Shown here: piece after piece, positions 1 through 8,628 of the stretch | Position numbering within the stretch: position 1 is the stretch's first letter | Layout: every line of letters begins with the position of its first letter | Source: an uncultured Dehalococcoidia bacterium | GTDB lineage: Bacteria > Chloroflexota > Dehalococcoidia > Lucifugimonadales > CATQGZ01 | Direction: 5' to 3' | Assembly (NCBI GenBank): GCA_958295685.2 | Contig: OY282365.1 | Coordinates: forward strand, 395,395-459,394 | DNA length: 64,000 bases | Translations under genes and position numbers: made by a program | Notes under the pieces: generated by a model | What the model was told of the DNA's origin: nothing | Databases searched by the model: none | Seen by the model: only the letters and a program-made list of their open reading frames with translations

Positions 1-22
1 GACGCCTCTGGTCGCCGCTGGC

Positions 23-1150
23 ATGGGGAAGTCGGCAACGGGAATCGAAATCATGCCAGTCGGTGTACTGGCCGGCAATGGGATCGCTCAAGCTGCCAAC
101 GGAGTGTCCAAAGCCATGCTCGAAGCCGCAGGCAGCGAATTGATCGGCAGGGTCACGTCCGAGGAACCGGCCCCGGCGGAGTTCGCGTTCCCGCACGTCA
201 GCATCACGGAAGCTGCCTTCCCTGAGCCGACAGAGGCCGCGATCGCCAAGGCGCGGCAGTGGCTGGCCAACACCGATGACGACCCCACCCGGACGCTGTT
301 GAACCTGGCGTGTATGACCATTCTCGAAAGCGTGAGCTATACGCGAAAAGATGGTCAGTACCTCCGGTGGGACTATCGATCTGGCCGGACGCTCAGGGCG
401 AGGGTGAACAAGGGGCCGATCCAGTCATTCCAGGGTGCTCTTGGCTCTCGGCTGTTCGAGATGGTCCAGGACATAGACATCCTCAAGCAGGAGTACGGAG
501 GCGGTTATCCCGAGTTCATCACCGGCTCGTCTCTGGAACTGTTGCGAGACCTGCCGGACGGGCGATTCGACATGGTGATAACCTCACCGCCCTACGCGAA
601 CAGATACGACTACACTCGAACCTACGCGCTGGAACTCGCCTGGCTTGACCTGGATCAGAAAGGCTTCGCCAGCCTCAGACAGCGGATGCTGTCCGCCACT
701 GTCGAGAACAAGACGAAATTGGAGTGGCTGAGGCGTGTCTACTGCGATAACCAGACCCTGCTGAATGAATCGCTGGGGATGTACCGGAACCAGGGAGCAA
801 TCCGTGAAGTGCTCGCGATTCTCACAGAGCGCATAGATGAACTCGGCAACAGACACGTGATCCGTCTGATTGAAGGGTACTTCCTGGAGATGGCGGTCAT
901 CGTCGCCGAGCTGGGCCGTGTCACACGACCTGGCGGAACTGTGATCATGGTGAACGACAACGTTCAGTACCACGGCGAAGAGGTGCCGGTCGACCTGATA
1001 CTCTCCGACTTCGCCGAGCAGTCCGGCTTCGTCTGCGAGAAAATATGGATGCTGCCCCGTGGCAAAGGCAATTCAAGTCAGCAGATGCGCCGCTTCGGCA
1101 GGCGCGAGATCAGGAAGTGTGTCTACAAGTGGGTGCGCGCGAGTGACTAA
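23..1150 (+). CDS. Type II DNA methyltransferase, SPPY-motif (N4-cytosine/N6-adenine) class
   Basis: 375-aa ORF with catalytic motif FDMVITSPPYANRYDY. The frame is open to the left window edge, so the true start may lie upstream. A PD-(D/E)XK nuclease ORF follows 31 nt later. Confidence 0.8.
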   Translation: MGKSATGIEIMPVGVLAGNGIAQAANGVSKAMLEAAGSELIGRVTSEEPAPAEFAFPHVSITEAAFPEPTEAAIAKARQWLANTDDDPTRTLLNLACMTILESVSYTRKDGQYLRWDYRSGRTLRARVNKGPIQSFQGALGSRLFEMVQDIDILKQEYGGGYPEFITGSSLELLRDLPDGRFDMVITSPPYANRYDYTRTYALELAWLDLDQKGFASLRQRMLSATVENKTKLEWLRRVYCDNQTLLNESLGMYRNQGAIREVLAILTERIDELGNRHVIRLIEGYFLEMAVIVAELGRVTRPGGTVIMVNDNVQYHGEEVPVDLILSDFAEQSGFVCEKIWMLPRGKGNSSQQMRRFGRREIRKCVYKWVRASD

Positions 1151-1181
1151 CCTTCGTGACGCGAGGCTCAGATCGACTCTG

Positions 1182-2087
1182 ATGTCCGAGAGGATCCGAC
1201 ACCGCACAGACCATGCGCTGCGGCAGGTGATCAATGCGTTCACAGGCGAGTTGGACTTTCATCCTCTCGATGACCTGATGATCAGCCGTCAGGCGTGGGA
1301 ATACACAGTCGTAGCCCGCATCGAACCCAAGTCGGTGTTTGCTCACCCCCTCCTCATCCGAGAACATCCCCGAACCTCGCAGTACTACCGCGGGATCGCG
1401 CTGCTGCCCCAGAAACGTGTAGCTGATATGGCTGTAGCCGTCTCCTCCTGGGAAGACGGCTCGCGTAGGTCGCCCATCACGAAAGAGCAAAGTACCAGCG
1501 TAGCTCGTCTGTACAACGCGGTCATCTCATCCATCATCGAAGGTACGACCAACTGGACCCTGCAGGACGGCTATCGGAACATAATAGCCAACATGGGCAT
1601 CGGGCTGGACGGCACGTTCCGCAACATCATCGGGCGCGACGCCGAAAATCTGGTGAAGACTCGCATCAGGAACTGGCTTCAAAGCCGAGGGATGATCCTT
1701 GAACAGAGCCCGGACGCCACACAGTTCCGGCTGCCCAGCGGGTACTTGATGCGGTTCGGGTCCGAGCCGGACATCCTGTTCCGGCAGGAGGTCGCAGGTC
1801 GTACCAGAAAGGCAGCAACGATTGAGATCAAAGGAGGCAAAGACCCCGCCGGGGCGCTGGAACGGCTCGGAGCGATGCAGAAGAGCTTCGAAGCCACTCC
1901 GCCCGACTGTGTCAACTTCCTGGTCGCCGGCGTCATCACACCGGAAATGAGAGCCAGGCTGGATCAGATGGGCGTCGTCAAGGTCTTCCTGCTTGATGAT
2001 TTGGCCCACGACGGCGACGGGTGGTCCGACTTCATCAACGAGGTGTTCCACTACACCGTCCGTATCACCGATTCGACCGTGTCCTAG
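1182..2087 (+). CDS. Type II restriction endonuclease candidate (PD-(D/E)XK; possibly XcyI/Cfr9I-like)
   Basis: ATG at 1182 inside track ORF 1059..2087. Nuclease core GSEPDILF...ATIEIKGGKD (PD...ExK). Adjacent to and co-oriented with the methyltransferase. Confidence 0.6.
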   Translation: MSERIRHRTDHALRQVINAFTGELDFHPLDDLMISRQAWEYTVVARIEPKSVFAHPLLIREHPRTSQYYRGIALLPQKRVADMAVAVSSWEDGSRRSPITKEQSTSVARLYNAVISSIIEGTTNWTLQDGYRNIIANMGIGLDGTFRNIIGRDAENLVKTRIRNWLQSRGMILEQSPDATQFRLPSGYLMRFGSEPDILFRQEVAGRTRKAATIEIKGGKDPAGALERLGAMQKSFEATPPDCVNFLVAGVITPEMRARLDQMGVVKVFLLDDLAHDGDGWSDFINEVFHYTVRITDSTVS

Positions 2088-2120
2088 GCCGCTGGTGTCA
2101 TCAGCGCGTCCCAGATAGAC

Positions 2121-2218
2121 AACCGCCTCCCACGACGGGGACTCGTGAATCGCCCGCGCCTCCCATCCTCCCAATCCTGCTAATCCTCCAATCCTGAGAA
2201 TCCTGATTCAGACAACCC
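2121..2218 (+). repeat. Upstream module (one unit) with phased AATCCT hexamers, abutting the -35 of cassette A
   Basis: ...ACTCGTGAATCGCCCGCGCCTCCCATCCTCCCAATCCTGCTAATCCTCCAATCCTGAGAATCCTGATTCAGACAA. Same module as 15753-16058 (3 units, minus sense) and 61197-61399 (2 units). Confidence 0.7.
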
Positions 2219-2445
2219 TTGACGACGCCGAACCGCTGTGCTAGAGTATCCCCATGACACAGCCGCCTCTCTCCACAAACCAGCCCGCACGACTCCTGAA
2301 GCACCTGTCACAAAAGTGTCGCATAAGTGTCGCATAGTGTCGCATGAGTGTCGCAAAAGCGTCGCATAGGTGTCGCATAGTGTCGGCCAAAATCGCACCT
2401 CCCAGCTACGAAATACCCGAAAATGCGACACTTTCGGCAAAAATT
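2219..2445 (+). ncRNA. Candidate promoter-linked structured leader/ncRNA cassette, copy A
   Basis: -35 TTGACG 2219-2224, 17-nt spacer, -10 TAGAGT 2242-2247. Conserved block CATGACACAGCC. Tandem 10-11-nt words GTGTCGCATAA from 2316 to 2386. Conserved loop AAAATCGCACCTCCCAGCTACGAAAT. Inverted word CGACAC 2426-2431, then TTTCGGCAAAAA. Co-oriented with the DUF1501 gene at 2604. Confidence 0.5.
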
Positions 2446-2603
2446 CCCGGAGCCGCCGCTCCCCAGAGGCTCCCGGCTCACCGTCATCGGTCGGTCTTGT
2501 CATGCGTGTGTGGGCCGTAGTAGGATAAGCCTCAGAGAGAATGTGGGGAATCGTCGTTCGAGATAGGGAAGCGGGCGCGTGCCCTAGCCTGTAGGAGGGA
2601 GAA

Positions 2604-3767
2604 ATGGGAAGCCGCAGACAGGAGCCGTCGCTGGTAGTAATCCAGCTCAGCGGAGGGAACGACTACCTGAACACCATCGTGCCGTACAACGACGGGGAGT
2701 ACTACGACTACCGTCCCACGGTGAACATAGAGAGCGAGCGAGTGCTTCCGATAGACGACGAGTACGGCTTCAACCCAAACATGCGGGCCATCAAGGAGCT
2801 GTACGACGAGGGGAAGGTGGCGGTGATCAACGGGATAGGCTACCCGGAGCCCAACCGCTCCCACTTCCGGTCTATGGACATATGGCACACGGCCCTGCCG
2901 GAGGACATAGGAGTCGAGGGCTGGCTGGGTCGAGCGACGCGGGAGTTGGACCCAGGCGGTGAGAACGTCCTTACGGCGGTGAACTTCGGGCGTGGACTTC
3001 CGAGAGCGCTGGGAGTTCGCGGCGTTCCCGTGGCCTCGGTGGGGAACCTGGAGAGCTACGGACTGTTCCCTGACCTTCAGGACGAGAAGCTGCGGAGATA
3101 CGCTCTGGAGGCGTTCGCGAAGATGTACGGGGGCGAGCGCGGCAGGGACGCGGTCATGGACTTTCTGGGTCAGACCGGTACTGACGCCCTGAAGGGAGCG
3201 GACCTTCTTCGGACGGCCGTCGACAAGTACGAGTCCGGCGTGGAGTACGCGGCCTCTCCGATAGGCCAGAGCCTGCGGGACGCGGCGAAGGTGATGTTCG
3301 CGGACCTCGGCACGCGGATCTTCTACACTCAGCAGGGGAGCTACGACACCCACTCTGGCGAGTTGGCCACCCACGGCAGCCTGATAGGAGAGATGTCGGC
3401 TGGCGTGTCGGACTTCTACGCCGACCTGAAGGAGCACGGCAGGGAAGACGACACGACGCTGCTGATATTCTCCGAGTTCGGCAGGCGCATCAAGGACAAC
3501 GGGTCGGGAACCGATCACGGGTCTGGCGGCGTGGCGTTCGTGATCGGGGGGTCTGTGCGTGGAGGGATGTACGGGGAGTACCCGTCGCTGAAGGAGGATC
3601 GCCAGTTGGAGGGAGACCTCCACTACAACAACGACTTCAGGTCGACCTACTCGACCATCCTGGAGAGGTGGCTCCACGTGGAGGCGTCGCCGATAGTGAA
3701 CGGCCACTTCGAGCAGTTCGACTTCATATCCAACGGGAGCGGCAACGGAAGCGGCGCGGCGAACTGA
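2604..3767 (+). CDS. DUF1501 domain protein (sulfatase-like fold)
   Basis: 387 aa; LVVIQLSGGNDYLNT, GYPEPNRSHFRSMDIWHTA and GTDHGSGGVAFVIGG are typical of DUF1501. Confidence 0.75.
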   Translation: MGSRRQEPSLVVIQLSGGNDYLNTIVPYNDGEYYDYRPTVNIESERVLPIDDEYGFNPNMRAIKELYDEGKVAVINGIGYPEPNRSHFRSMDIWHTALPEDIGVEGWLGRATRELDPGGENVLTAVNFGRGLPRALGVRGVPVASVGNLESYGLFPDLQDEKLRRYALEAFAKMYGGERGRDAVMDFLGQTGTDALKGADLLRTAVDKYESGVEYAASPIGQSLRDAAKVMFADLGTRIFYTQQGSYDTHSGELATHGSLIGEMSAGVSDFYADLKEHGREDDTTLLIFSEFGRRIKDNGSGTDHGSGGVAFVIGGSVRGGMYGEYPSLKEDRQLEGDLHYNNDFRSTYSTILERWLHVEASPIVNGHFEQFDFISNGSGNGSGAAN

Positions 3768-3807
3768 GTCACAGCAGCAGCCCACCCCAGAACAGAAAGG
3801 CCCAGAA

Positions 3808-4623
3808 ATGAACGGCGAAGAATTGAAGAGGCGTCTGGAGGCGGGCGGCATCGTGTACGGCACGATGCTGAGCACGAGCAGGAACCCGCGCTGGGCCGAG
3901 CCCATGGCTGGCTTCGGACTGGACTACGCGATCATCGACATGGAGCACTCCCCGCGTGGCAGATCCGAGGTCGCCGACTTCCTCGCGGGATTCGGCATGA
4001 GCGGCGTGGTGCCCATCGTGCGCATACCCATTCCCGACTCACACTACGTCACCATGGCGCTCGACGCCGGAGCCCAGGGAGTGCTCGCTCCCTACTGCGA
4101 GACCGTGGAAGAGGTGAGGGAAGTCGTCGCCGCGGCCAAGTGGCGCCCGCTGAAGGGAGCGCTGGTCCGCAGGGTCATGGAGACAGGCGAGTTTCCGAGC
4201 AGCGCGACCAGAGCCTACCTCGAGGAGCGCAACCGCAACAACGTCTGCATCATCGGCATCGAGAGCGTCCCTGCCGTCGAGAATCTTGAAGACATACTGA
4301 AGGTGGACGGCATCGACGGAATCTTCGTGGGACCCAACGACCTCAGCATCACCCTCGGGATCCCCGACCAGACGGACCACCCGGACTACGAGGCCGCGCT
4401 GAGGCGGATAATCAGCACGTGCAAGGCCCACGACACGCCGACCCTCATCCATCACACCAACGTGGAGACGACGGTGAAGTGGCTGAAGGAAGGAGCCCGG
4501 TTCGTGCTCCATACCACGGACGCCCGCGCGATGCACAACGGGTTCAGAGAGGAATTCACCGCCATCAGGGCCGCGGCAGGGGACGTCTCGGATGCCCTGG
4601 GCGAGTCCACCGAGGTTATCTGA
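3808..4623 (+). CDS. HpcH/HpaI family aldolase
   Basis: 271 aa; GLDYAIIDMEHSPRG and GIDGIFVGPNDLSITLG are typical of 2-keto-3-deoxy-acid aldolases. Confidence 0.8.
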   Translation: MNGEELKRRLEAGGIVYGTMLSTSRNPRWAEPMAGFGLDYAIIDMEHSPRGRSEVADFLAGFGMSGVVPIVRIPIPDSHYVTMALDAGAQGVLAPYCETVEEVREVVAAAKWRPLKGALVRRVMETGEFPSSATRAYLEERNRNNVCIIGIESVPAVENLEDILKVDGIDGIFVGPNDLSITLGIPDQTDHPDYEAALRRIISTCKAHDTPTLIHHTNVETTVKWLKEGARFVLHTTDARAMHNGFREEFTAIRAAAGDVSDALGESTEVI

Positions 4624-4712
4624 CGCCTTCTACTCAAGGACAGCGGGTAGACCGGGCGAGACAGCCAAGGGGTCTCCTGTCGCGCTCTCGATGGATACGT
4701 CGGGGTGAGACC

Positions 4713-5033
4713 CTAGTTGCCGCACTCGCCGCACCGGCAGAGCTTGCGGAGTACCCCGAACGGGTAGATGCCGGTATAGTGAGTGTCGCTCCACAGGAAC
4801 TGCACCGCGTACCTGCCGACCATCAGATAATCCTCGGCTCGGATGTCCGCCGCGACGGTGGCCGGGTCTAGCAGCTTCCTGTTCGACCACTCCTCGACGC
4901 ACTCGGCGCAGCCGCAGTTGATCCGGAGTTCCCTCGCCTCGTAGACGCTGCGGTGACCGTCCACCCACTCGATGAGGACGCGCCCGCCGCCGTCGTCGAG
5001 TTCCACCCGCGCCGGCCTGGGGTTGTTGCTCAT
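4713..5033 (-). CDS. DUF971 domain protein
   Basis: ATG at 5033 (MSNNPRP...). LRINCGCAECV and FLWSDTHYTGIYPF are DUF971 hallmarks. Confidence 0.7.
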   Translation of the reverse strand: MSNNPRPARVELDDGGGRVLIEWVDGHRSVYEARELRINCGCAECVEEWSNRKLLDPATVAADIRAEDYLMVGRYAVQFLWSDTHYTGIYPFGVLRKLCRCGECGN

Positions 5034-5087
5034 CGGACCACCCCCTCGATCCCGTCTCCCCACGAACGGAGACCTTTGAACACCGTC

Positions 5088-5107
5088 ATTCCGGCGAAAG
5101 CCGGAAT
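5088..5107. repeat. REP-like hairpin ATTCCGGC-GAAA-GCCGGAAT
   Basis: Perfect 8-bp stem in the intergenic context GTCATTCCGGCGAAAGCCGGAATCCAG. A degenerate second copy lies near 33465-33500. Confidence 0.6.
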
Positions 5108-5194
5108 CCAGAAGCCATGACGTCCAAGTTGCCGGTGACTATCGTCCTGCTTGGGAGTTGCGCAAGGTCTCCGGAAGCGGGAACCCATGCCGCC

Positions 5195-6301
5195 CTATTC
5201 GATCACCTGAGGTTCGGAGGCGTTCTCGTAGTCCGTCAGCGCCTCCACCCCGTCGTCGGTTACCACCGCTAGGTCCTCGACGTGATAGCCCGCGGTATCC
5301 GGATCGTAGTGCGCGGGCTCGATGCACAGCACCATGCCGGGCGCCAGCGTCTCCTCGGTGGTCGGCTTTAGCATGGGGTGCTCGTGCAGCCCCAGCCCCA
5401 GCCCGTGGCCGATGTGGGCCATCCAGAAGGGGAGCCCGGCCCTCTCGTATGCCGCCTCGCACAGCGAGTACAGGTCGCCCGCGCGCAGGCCCGGCCTCAC
5501 TGCCTCGATCGTCTCGGCGTGGACCTGGTACAGCCTGTCGTACATGCTGCGCTGGCGAGGGCTTGGCTTTCCGACGAAGGCCGTCCTCGCCACGTCGGAC
5601 CAGTAGCCGGTGAAGCTGCCGCCCACGTCGGTATGCACCACGTGGCCGGTCTCCAGCCGCGCCGCGCCCGGGCGGGCGTGCCACTCGAACGACCGCGTCC
5701 CCGTTCCCAGAAACATGAAGTTCATCACGTCGGCTCCCGCAGACGTCACCCCCGCGGCTATCCGGTCCGCTACCTCCTTCTCGGTGTCTCCGGCCCTTGC
5801 CGTTTCGAAGGCCCTGCGGATCGACGCATCGGTAGCCCTCGCAGCCGCTGCCAGGGCGTCGATCTCCTCCTGAGTCTTGATCATCCTGGTACGGTCCATC
5901 AGACCGCCGCAGTCGACCAGTTCGGCGCGTGGCAGCCGCTCGCGCAGCCGGCCCATGAACGCTGCGGGCAGCGAGTGTGTCTCCACACCCAGACGCGCCC
6001 CGGCCAAGCCCTTCTCTGCGACCGTGTCGGCCAGCAGGTCGACCGGAGAGGTCACGAACTCCTTGTAGGTGCGCATGTCCTCAATCTCGCAGTCATCCCG
6101 GCAGGCGGCGTCCTCGCCCTTGCACAGGACGATGGCAGGGTCTCCCTGCCCCGGCCACAGGAGCAGCGCCAGCCGGTCGGGTATCAGGCGTTGCGTGACT
6201 ATCCGCGCGCCCGACAGGTACGACACGTTCTCCAGTGAGCTGGCGACGATGCCGTCCAGGCCGGACTCGGCGAGCAGGTCCTCGAAGCGGTCTATGTTCA
6301 T
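5195..6301 (-). CDS. M24 family Xaa-Pro aminopeptidase/creatinase-like peptidase
   Basis: 368 aa; HTDVGG, HIGHGLGLGLHEHP and CIEPAHY are metal-ligand motifs of the M24 pita-bread fold. Confidence 0.85.
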   Translation of the reverse strand: MNIDRFEDLLAESGLDGIVASSLENVSYLSGARIVTQRLIPDRLALLLWPGQGDPAIVLCKGEDAACRDDCEIEDMRTYKEFVTSPVDLLADTVAEKGLAGARLGVETHSLPAAFMGRLRERLPRAELVDCGGLMDRTRMIKTQEEIDALAAAARATDASIRRAFETARAGDTEKEVADRIAAGVTSAGADVMNFMFLGTGTRSFEWHARPGAARLETGHVVHTDVGGSFTGYWSDVARTAFVGKPSPRQRSMYDRLYQVHAETIEAVRPGLRAGDLYSLCEAAYERAGLPFWMAHIGHGLGLGLHEHPMLKPTTEETLAPGMVLCIEPAHYDPDTAGYHVEDLAVVTDDGVEALTDYENASEPQVIE

Positions 6302-6454
6302 CGGCGTCCATCCTGAGGAATGATACGGCCATAACCTACCAGAAACGGTTTGTCTCGGACAACCGGCGCTTGTGATCCACCAGTATGACCCACGCCCCGA
6401 CGGTGTTGTAATATGGCGGCGTTCGCCTCACACACACTATCGCGGAGAGTCGAC

Positions 6455-8074
6455 ATGGCATTCGACACGCTGATTTTGAACGGTACGGTGGTAGATGGGA
6501 CCGGCAAGCCGTCTTACCTGGCAGACGTGGGCATCGCCAACGACAGGATAGCCGCCGTCGGCGCACTGTCCGCGTCCGAGGCGGCCAGCCGGATCGATGC
6601 GGCAGGCTGCGTCGTGACGCCGGGATTCATAGACATGCACGCACACTCGGACGTGACCATGCTGGACGACCCGAGAGGGGAGAGCAAGGCTCACCAAGGG
6701 GTTACGACCGAGGTCACCGGGAACTGCGGCAGCACTCCATATCCGGCAGGCGTCCTGGGCAGCGGCGAGGCGCTGAGAAGGAGGCAGCCGACCCACCCGA
6801 TACCCCACTCTCCGACCATGTGGGCGTGGACCGACCTCGACAGCTGGGCGTCGCATACGGAGGAGGCGGGCATCGGCCTGAACATCGTCCCGCAGGTGGG
6901 TCACGCCGCTCTCAAGAACGCCGCGGGAGCCTCTATAGACCGGCCTGCCGGCCCCGACGAGCTGGCTCTGATGAAGAAGCTGGCCGCTGAAGCGGTGGAG
7001 CAGGGCGCGGCCGCGCTCAGCAATGCCCTAACAGGCCCCCACTTCGAGGGTGCGCCGACCGACGAGATAGTCGAACTCCTTGAGGCTGTCAGGCCCTACG
7101 AGAACGCCTTCTACTCGACGCACCCCAGGCTGGCCGGAGGATGGCACTTCAAGGCAGCGGAAGAGGCCGTCGAGATAGGCAGGCGCACCGGGATCGTGGT
7201 CGAGTACTCGCACATAGCCATCATAGACTCGCGGCACCATGGGAAGGCGGACGAGATGGCCGCGATATTCGAGAAGGGCAGGGAGGAGGGAGTGGACGTC
7301 GCCTTCGACCTCTATCCTTATCTGGCGGGCGCAGCGGGTTTCAAGTCCCTGACCCCGCCTTGGATGGAGGGACAGGGCGTTGAGGCGGCGCTGGAGATGC
7401 TGGCCGACCCCGCCACACGGCGGCGCGCCAGGGAGCAGATGGAGGGCGGCTGGTGGGGCGACATGCCCTGGCACTTCGACAAGATAGTGATAGTGAAGGT
7501 GGGACCCAACGGCGACCGCGGCCACCTTGGCCGCTCGCTGGCGGAGATCGCGGACTCCAGGGACGCCCATCCCCTGGACACCCTACTCGACATGCTGATA
7601 GAGGACCACAGTGTCGAGTCGGTCATGCACAACAGGACGGAGGAAGACATGCGCCGCTTCCTGGTCCATCCGCTGTCCATCATAGGATCGGACGGCACGG
7701 CGGTATCGCCGCACGGGATATGGAGCGTGACCCAGCCTCATCCGCGCATCTACGGGACTCACCCTAGGGTGCTGGGTAGGTACGTCCGTGAGGAGGGCGT
7801 CCTGTCGCTTGAGGACGCCGTCCACAAGATGAGCGGGTTTCCAGCCGAGAGGATCGGCCTCAGAGACAGGGGTCGTATAGAGGATGGGCTTGCGGCGGAC
7901 CTGGTGGTGTTCGATCCTGAGACGGTGTCGGACACCGCGACCTACCAGGAGCCGCACCGCTACCCTGACGGGATATTCCACGTGTTCCTCAACGGCGAGG
8001 CCATCGTCAGGGACGGAAAGCACACGGGTGCCCTCCCCGGTCGTGTGCTGAGGCGCGGACGCCATGGATATTGA
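6455..8074 (+). CDS. N-acyl-D-amino-acid deacylase (D-aminoacylase, amidohydrolase family)
   Basis: ATG 6455 (MAFDTLILNGTVVDGTG...). VTPGFIDMHAHSD metal motif and C-terminal ADLVVFDPETV. Confidence 0.85.
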   Translation: MAFDTLILNGTVVDGTGKPSYLADVGIANDRIAAVGALSASEAASRIDAAGCVVTPGFIDMHAHSDVTMLDDPRGESKAHQGVTTEVTGNCGSTPYPAGVLGSGEALRRRQPTHPIPHSPTMWAWTDLDSWASHTEEAGIGLNIVPQVGHAALKNAAGASIDRPAGPDELALMKKLAAEAVEQGAAALSNALTGPHFEGAPTDEIVELLEAVRPYENAFYSTHPRLAGGWHFKAAEEAVEIGRRTGIVVEYSHIAIIDSRHHGKADEMAAIFEKGREEGVDVAFDLYPYLAGAAGFKSLTPPWMEGQGVEAALEMLADPATRRRAREQMEGGWWGDMPWHFDKIVIVKVGPNGDRGHLGRSLAEIADSRDAHPLDTLLDMLIEDHSVESVMHNRTEEDMRRFLVHPLSIIGSDGTAVSPHGIWSVTQPHPRIYGTHPRVLGRYVREEGVLSLEDAVHKMSGFPAERIGLRDRGRIEDGLAADLVVFDPETVSDTATYQEPHRYPDGIFHVFLNGEAIVRDGKHTGALPGRVLRRGRHGY

Positions 8075-8591
8075 GGGCGTTCTGTTCACGGAGTCTGAGA
8101 TTCAGGCCCGCGTGGGCAGCATGGCTCATGAGGTCGCGGGGCACTACAGAGACGAGCCGTGCACCGTGGTGTCTGTCCTGAAGGGGGGATTCCTGTTCAC
8201 GGCGGACCTGATCCGACACCTCACCATGCCGGTCTCCCTCAGCTTCGCCGCGGTGTCGAGCTATGGGTCAGGGACTACGAGCGGAACGCTGAGGCTCGAT
8301 CTCTTCCCGTCCGGGCTGGAGATACGGGGTCGCCGCGTTCTCCTGGTAGACGATATCCTCGACACGGGCCGCACCCTTGCATTCCTTCGGGACAGGCTCA
8401 TCGCTGCCGGCGCGCGAGAGTTGAAGACGTGCGTGTTCCTGGACAAGACGAGCCGCCGGACGACAGACTTTCGGCCCGACTTCCGCGGCTTCGACGTCCC
8501 GGACGTGTTCGTTGCGGGATACGGGCTCGACTTCGCAGGGAGCTACCGCAACCTGCCGCACATAGTCGCCATGCGCCCTAGGGGGTCTTGA
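8064..8591 (+). CDS. hpt: Hypoxanthine phosphoribosyltransferase
   Basis: 175 aa; VSVLKGGFLFTADL and PRPP loop VLLVDDILDTGRTL. Overlaps the preceding gene by 11 nt. Confidence 0.9.
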   Translation: MDIEGVLFTESEIQARVGSMAHEVAGHYRDEPCTVVSVLKGGFLFTADLIRHLTMPVSLSFAAVSSYGSGTTSGTLRLDLFPSGLEIRGRRVLLVDDILDTGRTLAFLRDRLIAAGARELKTCVFLDKTSRRTTDFRPDFRGFDVPDVFVAGYGLDFAGSYRNLPHIVAMRPRGS

Positions 8592-8628
8592 CCGTACGGA
8601 GGAGCCATCCTCTCCCTGATCCGGCCTG

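Noticed and set aside
2254-2337. Small ATG-initiated ORF (MTQPPLSTNQPARLLKHL...) at the 5' end of cassettes A-D, considered as a leader peptide.
   Set aside because: A 1-nt indel between copies A and C shifts the frame, and downstream sequence and length are not conserved as protein. Nucleotide-level conservation and covariation fit a non-coding element better.
2532-3905. 457-aa ORF antisense to the DUF1501 gene. Similar long shadow ORFs: 11111-12007(+) and 12224-13708(+) opposite clpC, 16076-17269(-), 34209-35744(-), 38921-39988(-), 45913-47247(+) opposite cas9, 61705-63426(+).
   Set aside because: These are typical high-GC antisense open frames. They are rich in Arg, Pro, Gly and Val, have no recognisable motifs, and each fully overlaps a gene with strong family signatures on the other strand.
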